Made by a program: the position numbers and the translations under genes
Source of the DNA: Myxococcota bacterium
GTDB lineage: Bacteria; Myxococcota_A; UBA9160; UBA6930
Direction of reading: 5' to 3'
Assembly (NCBI GenBank): GCA_965223415.1
Contig: OZ245002.1
Coordinates: forward strand, 2,848,001-2,912,000
Length of the DNA stretch: 64,000 nucleotides
In this document: positions 26,455 to 35,958 of the stretch, piece after piece
Numbering within the stretch: the first letter of the stretch is position 1
Layout: each line of letters opens with the position of its first letter
The notes under the pieces: model-generated
What the model was told of the DNA's origin: nothing
The model's database searches: none
The model's input: only the letters and a program-made list of their open reading frames with translations

Positions 26455-28101
26455 CTAGACGTAGATGCCGCCCTTGTACTCCCGGTCCTGGCGGATCTCG
26501 ATGTTGACGAGGGAGGGCTTGCCCGAGGCCACGCAGCGATCGAGGGCCGCGCGGATCTCGCCGGGCTCGGTCACGTGCTCGCCGTGGCCGCCGAGGGCCT
26601 CGACCACCTTGTCGTAGCGTGTGCGCTCGAGCAGCACGCCCTCGAGACGGTCCCAGCCGTAGATCGAGCCCTGGGGCCGCATCATCTGCCCCCAGGCCGC
26701 GTCGTTGCCGACGATGCCGATGATCGGCAGGCCGAAGCGGACGGCGGTGTCGTACTCCATGCCGTTGAAGCCGAAGGAGCCGTCGCCGTAGACGATGACG
26801 ACCGGGCGGTCCGGGTGCGCCAGCTTGGCGGCGATCGCGAAGGGCATGCCCACGCCGAGGGTGCCGAGCGGGCCCGGATCCATCCAGGCGCCGCGGCCCT
26901 TCACCGGGATGATCTTCGCGGCAGTAGCCACGATGTCGCCGCCGTCGCCGATCACGATCGGATCGCCCTGGGTGTCGAGCCAGTCGCGCACCTCGCGACA
27001 CATGCGCTGGGGATCGACCGGCACCTCGTCGCTGTCGAGGGCCGCCTGCACCTTGGCCTCGGCCTCGGTCTCGACGGCGCGGAGCTGGTCGCGCCAGCCG
27101 GAGTAGTCGAGCTGGATTCCACCGTTCTTCATCTCCTCGAGCAGCAGCTCGAAGGAGCAGGCCAGGTTGCCGACGAGAGGCACGTCGGTCTGCCGGTTCT
27201 GGCCGATCAGCGTGTTGTCCATCTCGAGCTGGATGATCTTCGCGTCGGCGGGGATGCTCTGGCCGAAGCGCATGCGGAAATCGAGCAGCGTGCCGGCGAG
27301 CAGGATGCAGTCGATCTGCTTGAGCGCGTCGCGGCGCGACCGGTTCAGGAACTCCGGGGAATCCGGCGGAACGCTGCCGCGGCCCATGCCGTTCGTGTAG
27401 GTGGGGATGTGGGTCTCGGAGATGAAGCGGTTCATCTCGTCGTAGGCCTCGGACCACTTCACGCTCGTGCCCGCCATGAGCATCGGGCGCTGGGCGTCCT
27501 TCAGGATCTCGATGGCGTTACGCACCTCGCTGCGATCCGGCGAGATGCGCGGCGCCTGGGTGCGAATCTTCGGCACGGGAGCCTGCTCCCACTCGGCCTG
27601 GCCCATGAAGATGTCCATCGGGATCTCGAGGTAGGCGGGGCCGGGGATGCCGGAGACGGCGTGGCGGATCGCCAGCTCGATGTACTCCGGGATGCGGTGG
27701 GTCTGGTAGATGGCGTCGCAGTACTTCGTGATGGGACGGACCACGCCGAGGTGATCCATCTCCTGGAGCGAGCCGCGGCGCAGGTTGTCGAAGGGCCCCT
27801 GGCCGCCGAAGACGAGGATGGGAGAATTGGCGCGCCACGCGTTGGCGATGCCGGTGACACCGTCGGTGACGCCCGGGCCGGCGGTGATGGCGGCGACCCC
27901 GATCTTGCCGGGGTTGCAGCGCGCCCAGGAGTCGGCGGCGTGGACCGCGGCCTGCTCGTGACGGACGTCGACGACCTTGATGCCCTCGTCGATGCAGCCG
28001 TCGTAGATGGGCATGATGTGGCCGCCCGAGAGCGTGAAGATCACCTCGACGCCGGCCTCCTTGAGGGCGCGGGCCGCGAGCTTTCCGCCGTGGACGGGCA
28101 T
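26455..28101 (-). CDS. ThDP-dependent enzyme, acetolactate synthase-like/2-hydroxyacyl-CoA lyase family
   Basis: RHEQAA, TAGPGVTD, GTLGVG, GDGSFGF...GNDAAWG; GAGGAGGA RBS before ATG 28101. Confidence 0.85.
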   Translation of the reverse strand: MPVHGGKLAARALKEAGVEVIFTLSGGHIMPIYDGCIDEGIKVVDVRHEQAAVHAADSWARCNPGKIGVAAITAGPGVTDGVTGIANAWRANSPILVFGGQGPFDNLRRGSLQEMDHLGVVRPITKYCDAIYQTHRIPEYIELAIRHAVSGIPGPAYLEIPMDIFMGQAEWEQAPVPKIRTQAPRISPDRSEVRNAIEILKDAQRPMLMAGTSVKWSEAYDEMNRFISETHIPTYTNGMGRGSVPPDSPEFLNRSRRDALKQIDCILLAGTLLDFRMRFGQSIPADAKIIQLEMDNTLIGQNRQTDVPLVGNLACSFELLLEEMKNGGIQLDYSGWRDQLRAVETEAEAKVQAALDSDEVPVDPQRMCREVRDWLDTQGDPIVIGDGGDIVATAAKIIPVKGRGAWMDPGPLGTLGVGMPFAIAAKLAHPDRPVVIVYGDGSFGFNGMEYDTAVRFGLPIIGIVGNDAAWGQMMRPQGSIYGWDRLEGVLLERTRYDKVVEALGGHGEHVTEPGEIRAALDRCVASGKPSLVNIEIRQDREYKGGIYV

Positions 28102-28218
28102 AGGGGGGTCCTCCTCTGGTGGAGCGCAGACGGTACCAGAAACGCAGACGGGCAGGGGCCTGGGCCCCCGCCCGTCCGAAGATCGCATTGCGGGCCGCGA
28201 GGGCCCGCTCCGACGTCG

Positions 28219-28770
28219 CTACTGGATGACGCGGAACTCGGCGCGCCGGTTCCAGCGCCAGGCCGACTCGTCGTGGCCCTGCACCGCCGGCTTGCTCTCG
28301 CCGAAGCTCACGGTATCGACGCGGCCACCTTCGACGCCCGAGTCCGTGAGGTAGCGCTTCACCGCGTTGGCGCGGCGCTCGCCCAGCGCGAGGTTGTACT
28401 CCTCGCTGCCGCGCTCGTCGCAGTAGCCCTCGACGATGATCGTGCGCCACTCGGCGTTGCGAGCCGCCGCGTCCGCGTTGGCGCGCAGCGTCGGCCGCTG
28501 GTCGCCGCGGATCGCCGACTGGTCGTAGTCGAAGTAGACGGTCTCGAGCTCGGCCACACGCACGCCCTCGCCGCCCATACCGCCGGAGCTCATGTCGCCG
28601 CCACCGCCGATGCCGCCGTCACCGGCATCGAATTCACTGCCCGCTCCGCCGCCGCCGTCGGCGCCGGCCTCGTCGTCGCCACCGAACAGTGCACAGCCGC
28701 TGCTCAGGGCACCGGCCAGCAGCACGGTCAGGACCGTCGTCGTCACCTGTCCGAAGAGTCGTCGCTGCAT
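28219..28770 (-). CDS. pal: Peptidoglycan-associated lipoprotein (Pal/OmpA family)
   Basis: Lipobox LSSGC; VYFDYDQS, EGYCDERGSEEYNLALGERRA, VSFGESKP, NRRAEF. Confidence 0.88.
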   Translation of the reverse strand: MQRRLFGQVTTTVLTVLLAGALSSGCALFGGDDEAGADGGGGAGSEFDAGDGGIGGGGDMSSGGMGGEGVRVAELETVYFDYDQSAIRGDQRPTLRANADAAARNAEWRTIIVEGYCDERGSEEYNLALGERRANAVKRYLTDSGVEGGRVDTVSFGESKPAVQGHDESAWRWNRRAEFRVIQ

Positions 28771-28965
28771 AGAGACTTCCACCCCCAAGGAATCCATGGA
28801 GTCCGCGCCCGCCCGTCCAGGACGCGGCCACGACCCCACCTTCGCCGCGGAGTGTCGGAACTCGGGAAGGAGCACGCAAGGGAACGGCGATGGAATTCCG
28901 ACTCACCTTTCGGGAGGTTGGGCAGGGCCGTGGCGATTTCCCATCGCCTCGCCGCGGGTCGGGCG

Positions 28966-29751
28966 CTAGCTGCCGCGGAAGGCGGGCTTCCGCTTCTCCA
29001 GGAACGCGCGCACGCCTTCCTTGTAGTCGTCGCTCTCGAAGCAGCGGGTGATGGAGGCGGCGACAGCCTCCCGGTCGCGCTCCGCCGGGTCCCGGACGAG
29101 CTCGCGGACGATCAGCTTGACGCTGCGCAGGGTGAGCGGTGCGTTGCCGGCGATGGCGAGGGCGCGCTTGCGCACGTGCTCCTCGAGGCGCGCCTTGGGC
29201 ACCACCTCGCTCAGGATGCCGAGCCGCAAGGCCTCCTCCGCGCTGAAGCGGCGGGCGGTGAAGAAGATCTCCTTGGCGGTGGCGGGACCCACCAGATCGA
29301 CGAGCGCCTTCAGGCCCGACTCGTGGTAGCCCAGGCCGAGCCGCGCGGCGGGAATGGCGAACACGCCGTCGTCGGCGCTGTAGCGGAGGTCGGCGGCCAG
29401 GGCCGTCGCCATGCCGCCGCCGACGCAGAAGCCGTGGATCATGGCGATGACGGGCTTGCCGATTTGGAGCAGCGCCCCGAAGGCGCGGCCCGTATCGCCC
29501 TCGTAGGCGATTGCCCTGGTGGCTCCGGTGCGCTTCTCCTCGAACTCGGAGATGTCCGCGCCGGACACGAAAGCCACGTCGCCGGAGCCGCGCAGCAGGA
29601 CGACCCGCACCTCCGGGTCCGCATCGAGCTCCTTCGCCGCCTCCGGGATCGCCGCCCACATCTCCGACGAGATCGCGTTGCGCCGCTCCGGATGATCGAA
29701 CACCAACCACCCGAGGGGCCCTTCCCTCTCGACCAAGATCCTGCCGCCCAT
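28966..29751 (-). CDS. Enoyl-CoA hydratase/isomerase family protein
   Basis: AFVSGADI, KPVIAMIHGFCVGGG, DYKEGVRAFLEKRKP. Confidence 0.9.
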   Translation of the reverse strand: MGGRILVEREGPLGWLVFDHPERRNAISSEMWAAIPEAAKELDADPEVRVVLLRGSGDVAFVSGADISEFEEKRTGATRAIAYEGDTGRAFGALLQIGKPVIAMIHGFCVGGGMATALAADLRYSADDGVFAIPAARLGLGYHESGLKALVDLVGPATAKEIFFTARRFSAEEALRLGILSEVVPKARLEEHVRKRALAIAGNAPLTLRSVKLIVRELVRDPAERDREAVAASITRCFESDDYKEGVRAFLEKRKPAFRGS

Positions 29752-29803
29752 CCACCGACCATAACCCAATACGGGAACGTCCCCGGTGTTGCATGCTGTC
29801 CGG

Positions 29804-31465
29804 ATGGCGTTGCCTCCTCTTTCGACGCGGCGGGGACGGGCTGGGGACGGCGTGCGGAGCGAGAGGTCGTGCGTGCTGTCCCGGGGCGGGATGGTGTGCA
29901 CGAGCGTTCCGGCGGCCTCGGCAGCGGGGGCGGCGGCGCTCCGGCGGGGCGGCAATGCGATCGATGCAGCGATCGCGGCAGCGGCGGCGCTGTGTGTGGT
30001 CGAGCCCCAGTCGACGGGGATCGGGGGCGACGCCTTCGCGCTGCTGTGGTCGGCGCGGGAGGGGCGGCTACTCGGCCTGAACGGCAGCGGACGCGCCCCA
30101 GCGGCGGCGACCCTCGAGGCCTACCGGGCGCGAGGCCACGAGACCGTGCCGGGCCTCGGGATCCTGGCGGCGACGGTGCCCGGCGCCGTCGACGCCTGGG
30201 AGGCCCTCCACCGGCGCCTGGGCCGGCTTCCCTTCGGCGACCTGCTCGAGCCCGCCATCCGCCTGGCCAGGGACGGCTTCGCGGTAAGCGAGCTGGTCGG
30301 CCACTACTGGTTCGGCCTCTCCCGCATGGGCGTGCTCCAGAACGACGCGGCCCGCGCCTGCTGGACCCCGCGCGGGGAGGCGCCGCGGCCCGGCAGCTGG
30401 TTCCGGGTGCCCGCCCTGGCGACGAGCCTGGAGCGCATCGCCGCGAAGGGCCGCGCCGGCTTCTACGGGGGCCCCACCGCCGACGCCATCGTCGCCACCT
30501 CCCGGGAAGAGGACGGCTTCTTCGCCCACGAGGACCTGGAAGCCCACACCAGCCGCTGGGTCGAGCCCCTCGAGACGACCTACCGCGGCGTGCGGGTCGC
30601 CGAGCTTCCGCCGAACGGCCAGGGCCTCGCCGCCCTGATCGGACTGAACGTGCTGGAGGCGCTCGGCGCACCGCCGGACCTGGACGCGGACCCGTGCGAC
30701 TCCGCCCTGGCATGGCACTGGCGCATCGAGGCAATCAAGCTGGCCTTCGCCGATCGCGACGCCTACGTCGCCGACCCGGAGCACGCCGACGTCCCGGTCG
30801 AAGCGCTGCTCTCCCGCGAATACGCGCGGCGGCGCGCAGCCCTCGTCGGGGAACGGGCGCTGAACGCCGCGGCCCCAGGCCTCGCGGGCGACACGGTCTA
30901 CCTCTGCACCGCCGACGCCGAGGGAAACCTGGTCTCCTTCATCCAGAGCCTGTTCACCGGCTTCGGCAGCGGTGTGGGCTGCGGCGATACCGGCGTCGTG
31001 CTCCAGAGCCGCGGTGCCGGCTTCCGCCTCGACCCCGCCCACCCGAACGCCCTCGCGCCGGGCAAGCGCCCCTTCCACACCATCATTCCCGGCATGCTGC
31101 TGCGCGGCAACGAGCCCTGGATGGCCTTCGGCGTGATGGGCGGACACGTCCAGCCCCAGGGCCACCTGTGCTTCGTCTCCAATGTCGTCGACCACGGGCT
31201 CAACCCGCAGGAGGCCCTCGACCGCCCGCGCTTCCGCTTCGAGCAGGGGCGCAGCGTCAGGGTGGAGCAGCCGGAGCGGCCGGCCCGGGAGGGCGGCTCC
31301 CTGGGCGAGGCGCTCCTCGCGCGCGGACACGACGTGCAGGGCCCCGGCGACTGGATGGCCGACGTCTTCGGCGGCGGTCAGGCGATCCAGCGCCTTCCCG
31401 ACGGCGTGTGGGCCGGGGCCAGCGACCGGCGCAAGGACGGCTGCGCCCTCGGTCCCGACGACTGA
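29804..31465 (+). CDS. ggt: Gamma-glutamyltransferase family protein
   Basis: GGNAIDAA, GIGGDAF, VPGAV, PPNGQG, cleavage Thr in AGDTVY, KRPFHTIIP, GVMGG, SDRRKDG; start uncertain (29786/29804/29852). Confidence 0.88.
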   Translation: MALPPLSTRRGRAGDGVRSERSCVLSRGGMVCTSVPAASAAGAAALRRGGNAIDAAIAAAAALCVVEPQSTGIGGDAFALLWSAREGRLLGLNGSGRAPAAATLEAYRARGHETVPGLGILAATVPGAVDAWEALHRRLGRLPFGDLLEPAIRLARDGFAVSELVGHYWFGLSRMGVLQNDAARACWTPRGEAPRPGSWFRVPALATSLERIAAKGRAGFYGGPTADAIVATSREEDGFFAHEDLEAHTSRWVEPLETTYRGVRVAELPPNGQGLAALIGLNVLEALGAPPDLDADPCDSALAWHWRIEAIKLAFADRDAYVADPEHADVPVEALLSREYARRRAALVGERALNAAAPGLAGDTVYLCTADAEGNLVSFIQSLFTGFGSGVGCGDTGVVLQSRGAGFRLDPAHPNALAPGKRPFHTIIPGMLLRGNEPWMAFGVMGGHVQPQGHLCFVSNVVDHGLNPQEALDRPRFRFEQGRSVRVEQPERPAREGGSLGEALLARGHDVQGPGDWMADVFGGGQAIQRLPDGVWAGASDRRKDGCALGPDD

Positions 31466-31527
31466 ACCAGCGTTCCAGCCGAAACTGGAACTAGCGTTCC
31501 GCTGGAGACTGGAACTAGCGTTCCGCT
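31461..31527. repeat. Short tandem repeat (~24-bp period) at a convergent junction
   Basis: actggaactagcgttccgct exact at 31484-31503 and 31508-31527, degenerate copy at 31461; units contain the mini-hairpin GGAAC-N4-GTTCC. Confidence 0.85.
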
Positions 31528-32150
31528 CGCCGCCGCCACGTGAGGGCGAGTGCCGCCGCCCCGCCGAGCACGAACAGGCTGGGCTCGGGAACCCCGCCGA
31601 CCGTCTCGGACCCGTTCGGCGTCGAGGTGCCCTGGATGTGAAGGGCCATCTGCGCCTCGATCCCGCCGCTGGTGAAGCTGCTCAGGAGCAGGTCGGCGAC
31701 GGCCAGGGGCTCGTTGGCCGAGAGCGTGAAGCTGGCCGTCTGGAGGACGCCGTTGCCCTGGGGGCCGCCCCCGTTGCCGAAGCTCACGCCGTGGGTGAAG
31801 GAGCTGCCCGCAGCGCCCGCCACCGAAGGGCTGGTCAACAGGGTGTAGGCGCTGTTGGGCGCGTCGTCCGCCGTGATGGCAAGCCCGGTGAAGCTCCCCA
31901 CCAGGTTGAAGTAGAGCTCGTGGAGATCCTCGCCGGCGCCGAGCAGGCCACCGAGAGTGATCGTGAAGTCCAGGTCCCCACCGTTCTCGACGACGTCGAC
32001 GGTGGCGTAGGCCGCGTCGGTGAGGTCGCCGTCGAACTCGTGAACCAGCGCGATCTGGAGCGCCGCCGCCGGCCCGGCGGCGGCGAGCGGCGCCACGAGC
32101 ACGAGGAGAGCGAGAAGGATGCGCGGAAGACGCGAGAGCGAAAGCGACAT
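31515..32150 (-). CDS. PEP-CTERM sorting domain protein (211 aa)
   Basis: Signal peptide; C-terminal VPEPS + hydrophobic helix + RRR. Confidence 0.88.
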   Translation of the reverse strand: MSLSLSRLPRILLALLVLVAPLAAAGPAAALQIALVHEFDGDLTDAAYATVDVVENGGDLDFTITLGGLLGAGEDLHELYFNLVGSFTGLAITADDAPNSAYTLLTSPSVAGAAGSSFTHGVSFGNGGGPQGNGVLQTASFTLSANEPLAVADLLLSSFTSGGIEAQMALHIQGTSTPNGSETVGGVPEPSLFVLGGAAALALTWRRRAER

Positions 32151-32242
32151 GGAGACCCCCAGGAGCCCTTCCCAGAGTGGGGGCTCGAGGGGATAGGTGG
32201 CCGCGCCGGGCCGCAGGTGGCAGAACCTGAGCCCCTGGGGGA

Positions 32243-33004
32243 TCAGGCCACCGCGCAGCTCCGCCCTCGGTGCTGCGCGTAGATCTTCCGCACCCAGGCC
32301 GTGGTGGGATGGTCGGCCCAGCGGGCGAGCCACTCGCCGAGCACCGGCGGCTCGGGCAGGGGGCGGGCCGGGCCGCCCTCGGGCTGGATGCCGGGTGAGC
32401 ACAGGGACGCTGCAGTGAGGTCCGCCACGCTGAACCCGTCCCCCACCAGGTAGCCCGACGGGCGGACCTCCCCCTCCAGCCGGTCGAACACCTCGCGGGT
32501 CGCCCGCATCGACGCCTCGACCCTCTCCGGGGTGATCTCCATCTGCCGGCGCATGACGACGGAGATCGCGGGGAAGGCGGCGCGGTAGGCGAGCTGCGCG
32601 GCGCGGCTGCGACCTTCGGTGAACTGACGGCAGAAGTAGTCGGTCTCCGGCATCAGCACGCCGAAGCGGGCACGCCGGATCGCCGGCCCCAGGTCGCGGT
32701 CGAGCCACTCCTGCAGCCCGAGAGCGCGCTCGCGCTCGGCGGGATCCGCGGGATACAGGGCGGGCTCGGGCTGCAGGCGCTCCAGGTAGTCCACGATGTG
32801 GTTCGAGCCGGCCACCACCGTGGCGCCGTGCCGCAGCACCGGCACCTGGTCCTGCCCGGAGAGGCGCATCATCGCGAGCTTGTGGGGCCCGGGCAGCTGG
32901 GAGATGCGCCGGTGGGCAATGCCCTTCCAGTCGAGGGCCCAGCGGGCCTTCTCGTTGTATTGGGAGATGGGGAAGTGGAAGAGCTCGAAGGCGGCCTCGT
33001 TCAT
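32243..33004 (-). CDS. Glutathione S-transferase family protein
   Basis: ISQYNEKARWALDWKG, QVPVL, GSNHIVDYLE, YLVGDGFSVADL. Confidence 0.88.
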   Translation of the reverse strand: MNEAAFELFHFPISQYNEKARWALDWKGIAHRRISQLPGPHKLAMMRLSGQDQVPVLRHGATVVAGSNHIVDYLERLQPEPALYPADPAERERALGLQEWLDRDLGPAIRRARFGVLMPETDYFCRQFTEGRSRAAQLAYRAAFPAISVVMRRQMEITPERVEASMRATREVFDRLEGEVRPSGYLVGDGFSVADLTAASLCSPGIQPEGGPARPLPEPPVLGEWLARWADHPTTAWVRKIYAQHRGRSCAVA

Positions 33005-33029
33005 GGACCCCGACGCTACCCTCGTCTGG

Positions 33030-34517
33030 ATGTCCGAGCCCGCCCTCGCCGTGCTGCGCCTGTCGGGAGAGGTGTCGACCAAGGCCCGGGCGACCCGCCG
33101 CCAGTTCGTGACCCGGCTTCTGCGCAACCTGCGCGACGCCCTGGAGGAGACGGGCCACGGCTTCCGGGTGGACCGGCGCTACGAGCGGATCCTGGTCGAG
33201 CTCGACCGGGCCGAGGACCTCCCGCGGCTCGAACGGCTGTTCGGCCTGCAGTCCCTGGGGCACGCCGAGCGGCGCGCCGTCTCCACGCTCGCGGAGATCG
33301 TGGACCACGGCGAGCGCGTCTTCGCCGCGGCGGTGGCGGGGCGCCGCTTCGCCGTGCGCGCCCGCAGCGTCGGGACCGACGCCATGCCCGGCGTGCGCGG
33401 ACGCGACGTGGAGGTGGAGCTCGGCACTCGACTGCTGCCGGCGAGCGCCGGCGTCGACCTGGGCGCGCCGGAGGTGACCGCGCGCATCGAGCTCTACGAC
33501 GGCGCCGCCTACTTCATCACCGACGACCGGCCGTGCCCCGGCGGGCTGCCCCTCGGCACCCAGGGACGCGCCGTAGCGCTCGTGTCCGGCGGCTTCGACT
33601 CGGCGGTTGCTGCTTGGCAGATGCTCCGCCGCGGCGTGAACCTGGACTACGTCTTCTGCAACCTCGGCGGCTTCAGCCACCAGCTCGGCACGCTGCGGGT
33701 GATGCAGGTGCTGGCCCAGAGCTGGTCCTTCGGCACCCGGCCACGGCTCCACGCCGTGGACTTCAGCGCCGTCTCCCGCGAGCTGCAGCGGGTGGCGGAG
33801 CCGCGTTACTGGCAGGTGATCCTGAAGCGCCTGATGCTACGCGCCGCCGACAGCGTGGCCACGGAGGTGGGCGCCGACGCGATCGTCACCGGCGAGGCGG
33901 TGGGGCAGGTGTCCTCCCAGACGCTGGTCAACCTGCGCACGATCAGCGAGGCCACCGACTTCCCGATCCTGCGGCCGCTGGTGGGCGCCAACAAGGAGGA
34001 GATCATCCGGCAGGCCGAGGCGATCGGCACGGCGCCCCTCTCCGCGGTGGTCGACGAGTACTGCGCACTGGTTCCGAAGCGTCCGGCCACGGCGGCAAAG
34101 CTCCCGGTCGTGCGAGAGCAGGAGGCAGGGATGGATCCGGCGGTGCTCGCCCGCGCCGTCTCCGCTCGCGAGGTGCTCGACCTGCGCAGCCTCGACCCGG
34201 ACGCCTGCGGGCTCCCGGAGATCGAGACCTCCGAGGTTCCCGAGGGCGCCTGCGTCGTCGACCTGCGAACCCGCCGCGAGTACGAAGGCTGGCACTATCC
34301 CGGCGCCCTGCAGCTCGACTTTCCCCGCGCCCTCGACGCCTACGCTTCCTTCGCGAAGGACCAGCCCTACGTCCTCTACTGCGAGTACGGTCTCAAGAGC
34401 GCGCACCTGGCGGAGCTGATGGGCGCCGCGGGCCACCGCGCGCTGCATTTCCGGGGCGGCACCCGGGCCCTGAAGCGGTGGGCGGAGGAGGAGAAGGGCA
34501 TTCGGGAGGAAACGTGA
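33030..34517 (+). CDS. thiI: tRNA 4-thiouridine synthase with THUMP, PP-loop and C-terminal rhodanese domains
   Basis: SGEVSTK, GGLPLGTQG, SGGFDS, TGEAVGQVSSQTL, EYC, rhodanese YCEYGLKS. Confidence 0.9.
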   Translation: MSEPALAVLRLSGEVSTKARATRRQFVTRLLRNLRDALEETGHGFRVDRRYERILVELDRAEDLPRLERLFGLQSLGHAERRAVSTLAEIVDHGERVFAAAVAGRRFAVRARSVGTDAMPGVRGRDVEVELGTRLLPASAGVDLGAPEVTARIELYDGAAYFITDDRPCPGGLPLGTQGRAVALVSGGFDSAVAAWQMLRRGVNLDYVFCNLGGFSHQLGTLRVMQVLAQSWSFGTRPRLHAVDFSAVSRELQRVAEPRYWQVILKRLMLRAADSVATEVGADAIVTGEAVGQVSSQTLVNLRTISEATDFPILRPLVGANKEEIIRQAEAIGTAPLSAVVDEYCALVPKRPATAAKLPVVREQEAGMDPAVLARAVSAREVLDLRSLDPDACGLPEIETSEVPEGACVVDLRTRREYEGWHYPGALQLDFPRALDAYASFAKDQPYVLYCEYGLKSAHLAELMGAAGHRALHFRGGTRALKRWAEEEKGIREET

Positions 34518-34909
34518 GGGAGTTCACCCGGCATCTGGGGATGGACACGGTGCGCGCGGAGGAAGGCGAGTGCCAGATCCGCATGCCCGTCGACGAGCGG
34601 CACATGAGCCGGGCCGACCGGGTGCACGGGGGCGTCTTCTTCACCCTGCTCGACACGGCCATGGGGCGCGCCGTCCTCTCCCGCCTTCCCGAGGGACGCG
34701 GGTGCGCCACGGTCGAGGCGAAGATCAACTACTTCCGCCCGGTCCAGAAGGGCAGCCTGCGGGCGGAGGCGCAGTGCGTCTACCTGTCGCGGCGCACCGC
34801 CTACGCCGAGGGCACCCTGATCGACGGGGAGGACCGGGTGGTCGCGAAGGCGACCGGGACCTTCATGCTGACCGAGACGATGCAGCAGTCGGAGCGCGAG
34901 CGGGTCTAG
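34514..34909 (+). CDS. PaaI family thioesterase
   Basis: VHGGVFFTLLDTAMG, KINYFRP; GTGA overlap with thiI. Confidence 0.88.
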   Translation: MREFTRHLGMDTVRAEEGECQIRMPVDERHMSRADRVHGGVFFTLLDTAMGRAVLSRLPEGRGCATVEAKINYFRPVQKGSLRAEAQCVYLSRRTAYAEGTLIDGEDRVVAKATGTFMLTETMQQSERERV

Positions 34910-35298
34910 GGCGCCGTCGCACCGTCGGCGGCCTGGGTGCTGGCCTGGGCGACCTGGTCGCGTCCGGCGACCCGGACGCGTACGCGGCAGGCGATCTCGA
35001 GAGACGGCACCTCCTCGCCGCGCCGCCACTGCCGGCGGGTCTGGAACTCGGCCTCGAGCTCGGCGGCATCGAGGGCGCCTTCCGCGAGGCCGGCCTTGTC
35101 GATCTCGCTGCGGAGCTCGCCGGCGATGAAGAGGGTGGGGAGGGGATCGCCGTCGCACCAGGCCTCGCCGGTGGAGAGGTCGATGCGCAGCGAGCCCTCC
35201 CCGATGGCGAGCAGCGCGTCGTAGTCCTCGCGCAGCTTCCAGCCGAGGAAGACGCGGCAGAGATCCTCCGCGAGGCTTCGCTGCTGCTCCGGGGTCAT
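34906..35298 (-). CDS. Hypothetical protein (130 aa)
   Basis: GGAGG RBS, globular composition, stop shares CTAG with convergent gene. Confidence 0.65.
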   Translation of the reverse strand: MTPEQQRSLAEDLCRVFLGWKLREDYDALLAIGEGSLRIDLSTGEAWCDGDPLPTLFIAGELRSEIDKAGLAEGALDAAELEAEFQTRRQWRRGEEVPSLEIACRVRVRVAGRDQVAQASTQAADGATAP

Positions 35299-35370
35299 GC
35301 TTCCTCCGGCCGGCCATCGAAGACCCTTCCCACGCTGGACCTCCCGGGCGACCGGCGAGGGTAGCCGAGG

Positions 35371-35958
35371 TCAGCGCAGGGCCGAGGAGGCGGCGCGCAG
35401 GCCCTCGAGGATGTGGCGGCGCTCCTCGGCGGAGCGCGAGGAGAACTGCTCGTCCACGAGCACCTCCTGCTCGTCGGCGTCGAGGGTGCGGAAGTGACGG
35501 AGGCGCCGCCGCATCTCGTTTCGCTCGGGGAGGGGGAGCTCCTTCCACTGCTCGAGCTGGCGGCGGAAGCGGCGGCGTTCCGCCGGCGACATCTCGGCCA
35601 TGCGCTCGCGCAGGACACGCCGGCGCCGGGCGCCCCGCTCGACGCGGTCGCGCTGGACGCGGGCCTCGGCGCGCTGCTCCAGGGTGCGGGTGAAGCGACG
35701 GCGCTCGGCCTCGTCCATCCCCTCCCAGCGCTCGAAGAAGCGGGCGCGGCGTTCGCCGGGCATCGAGCGAAGCCTGCGCACGGCGGCGCGACGCTGCTCC
35801 GGGGGAAGGCCGGCGATCCAGGAGCGCAGGGACAGGGGCGCCTCGGCTTGCGGCGCCTCGAGGCTCGGGCGGCGGCGCTCCTCGCCGTGGGCGGGGATCG
35901 AGAGCGCCAGGAGCCCGAACGCGGCGGCGGCGAGCAGGCAGCGGGGCGCGCGGCTCAT
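35371..35958 (-). CDS. Exported helical repeat protein (DUF3106-like)
   Basis: Signal peptide; repeats such as LPPEQRR, MSPAERRRF, WKELPLPERNEM; ATGA overlap with anti-sigma gene. Confidence 0.65.
   Translation of the reverse strand: MSRAPRCLLAAAAFGLLALSIPAHGEERRRPSLEAPQAEAPLSLRSWIAGLPPEQRRAAVRRLRSMPGERRARFFERWEGMDEAERRRFTRTLEQRAEARVQRDRVERGARRRRVLRERMAEMSPAERRRFRRQLEQWKELPLPERNEMRRRLRHFRTLDADEQEVLVDEQFSSRSAEERRHILEGLRAASSALR

Noticed and set aside
31461..31527. Palindromic 20-bp repeats as a mini-CRISPR
   Set aside because: Gaps are only ~4 nt and the unit is a copy of a gene end
32151..33752. Long N-terminal part of the 745-aa ORF ending in PEP-CTERM (likewise ORFs 7333-9009, 8337-10106, 10122-12326, 32798-34909, 43126-44937)
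   Set aside because: The upstream parts overlap other genes; only the C-terminal portions are real and are annotated with corrected starts
33030..34517. Rhodanese-fused ThiI as a novelty
   Set aside because: Same architecture as the well-known E. coli enzyme
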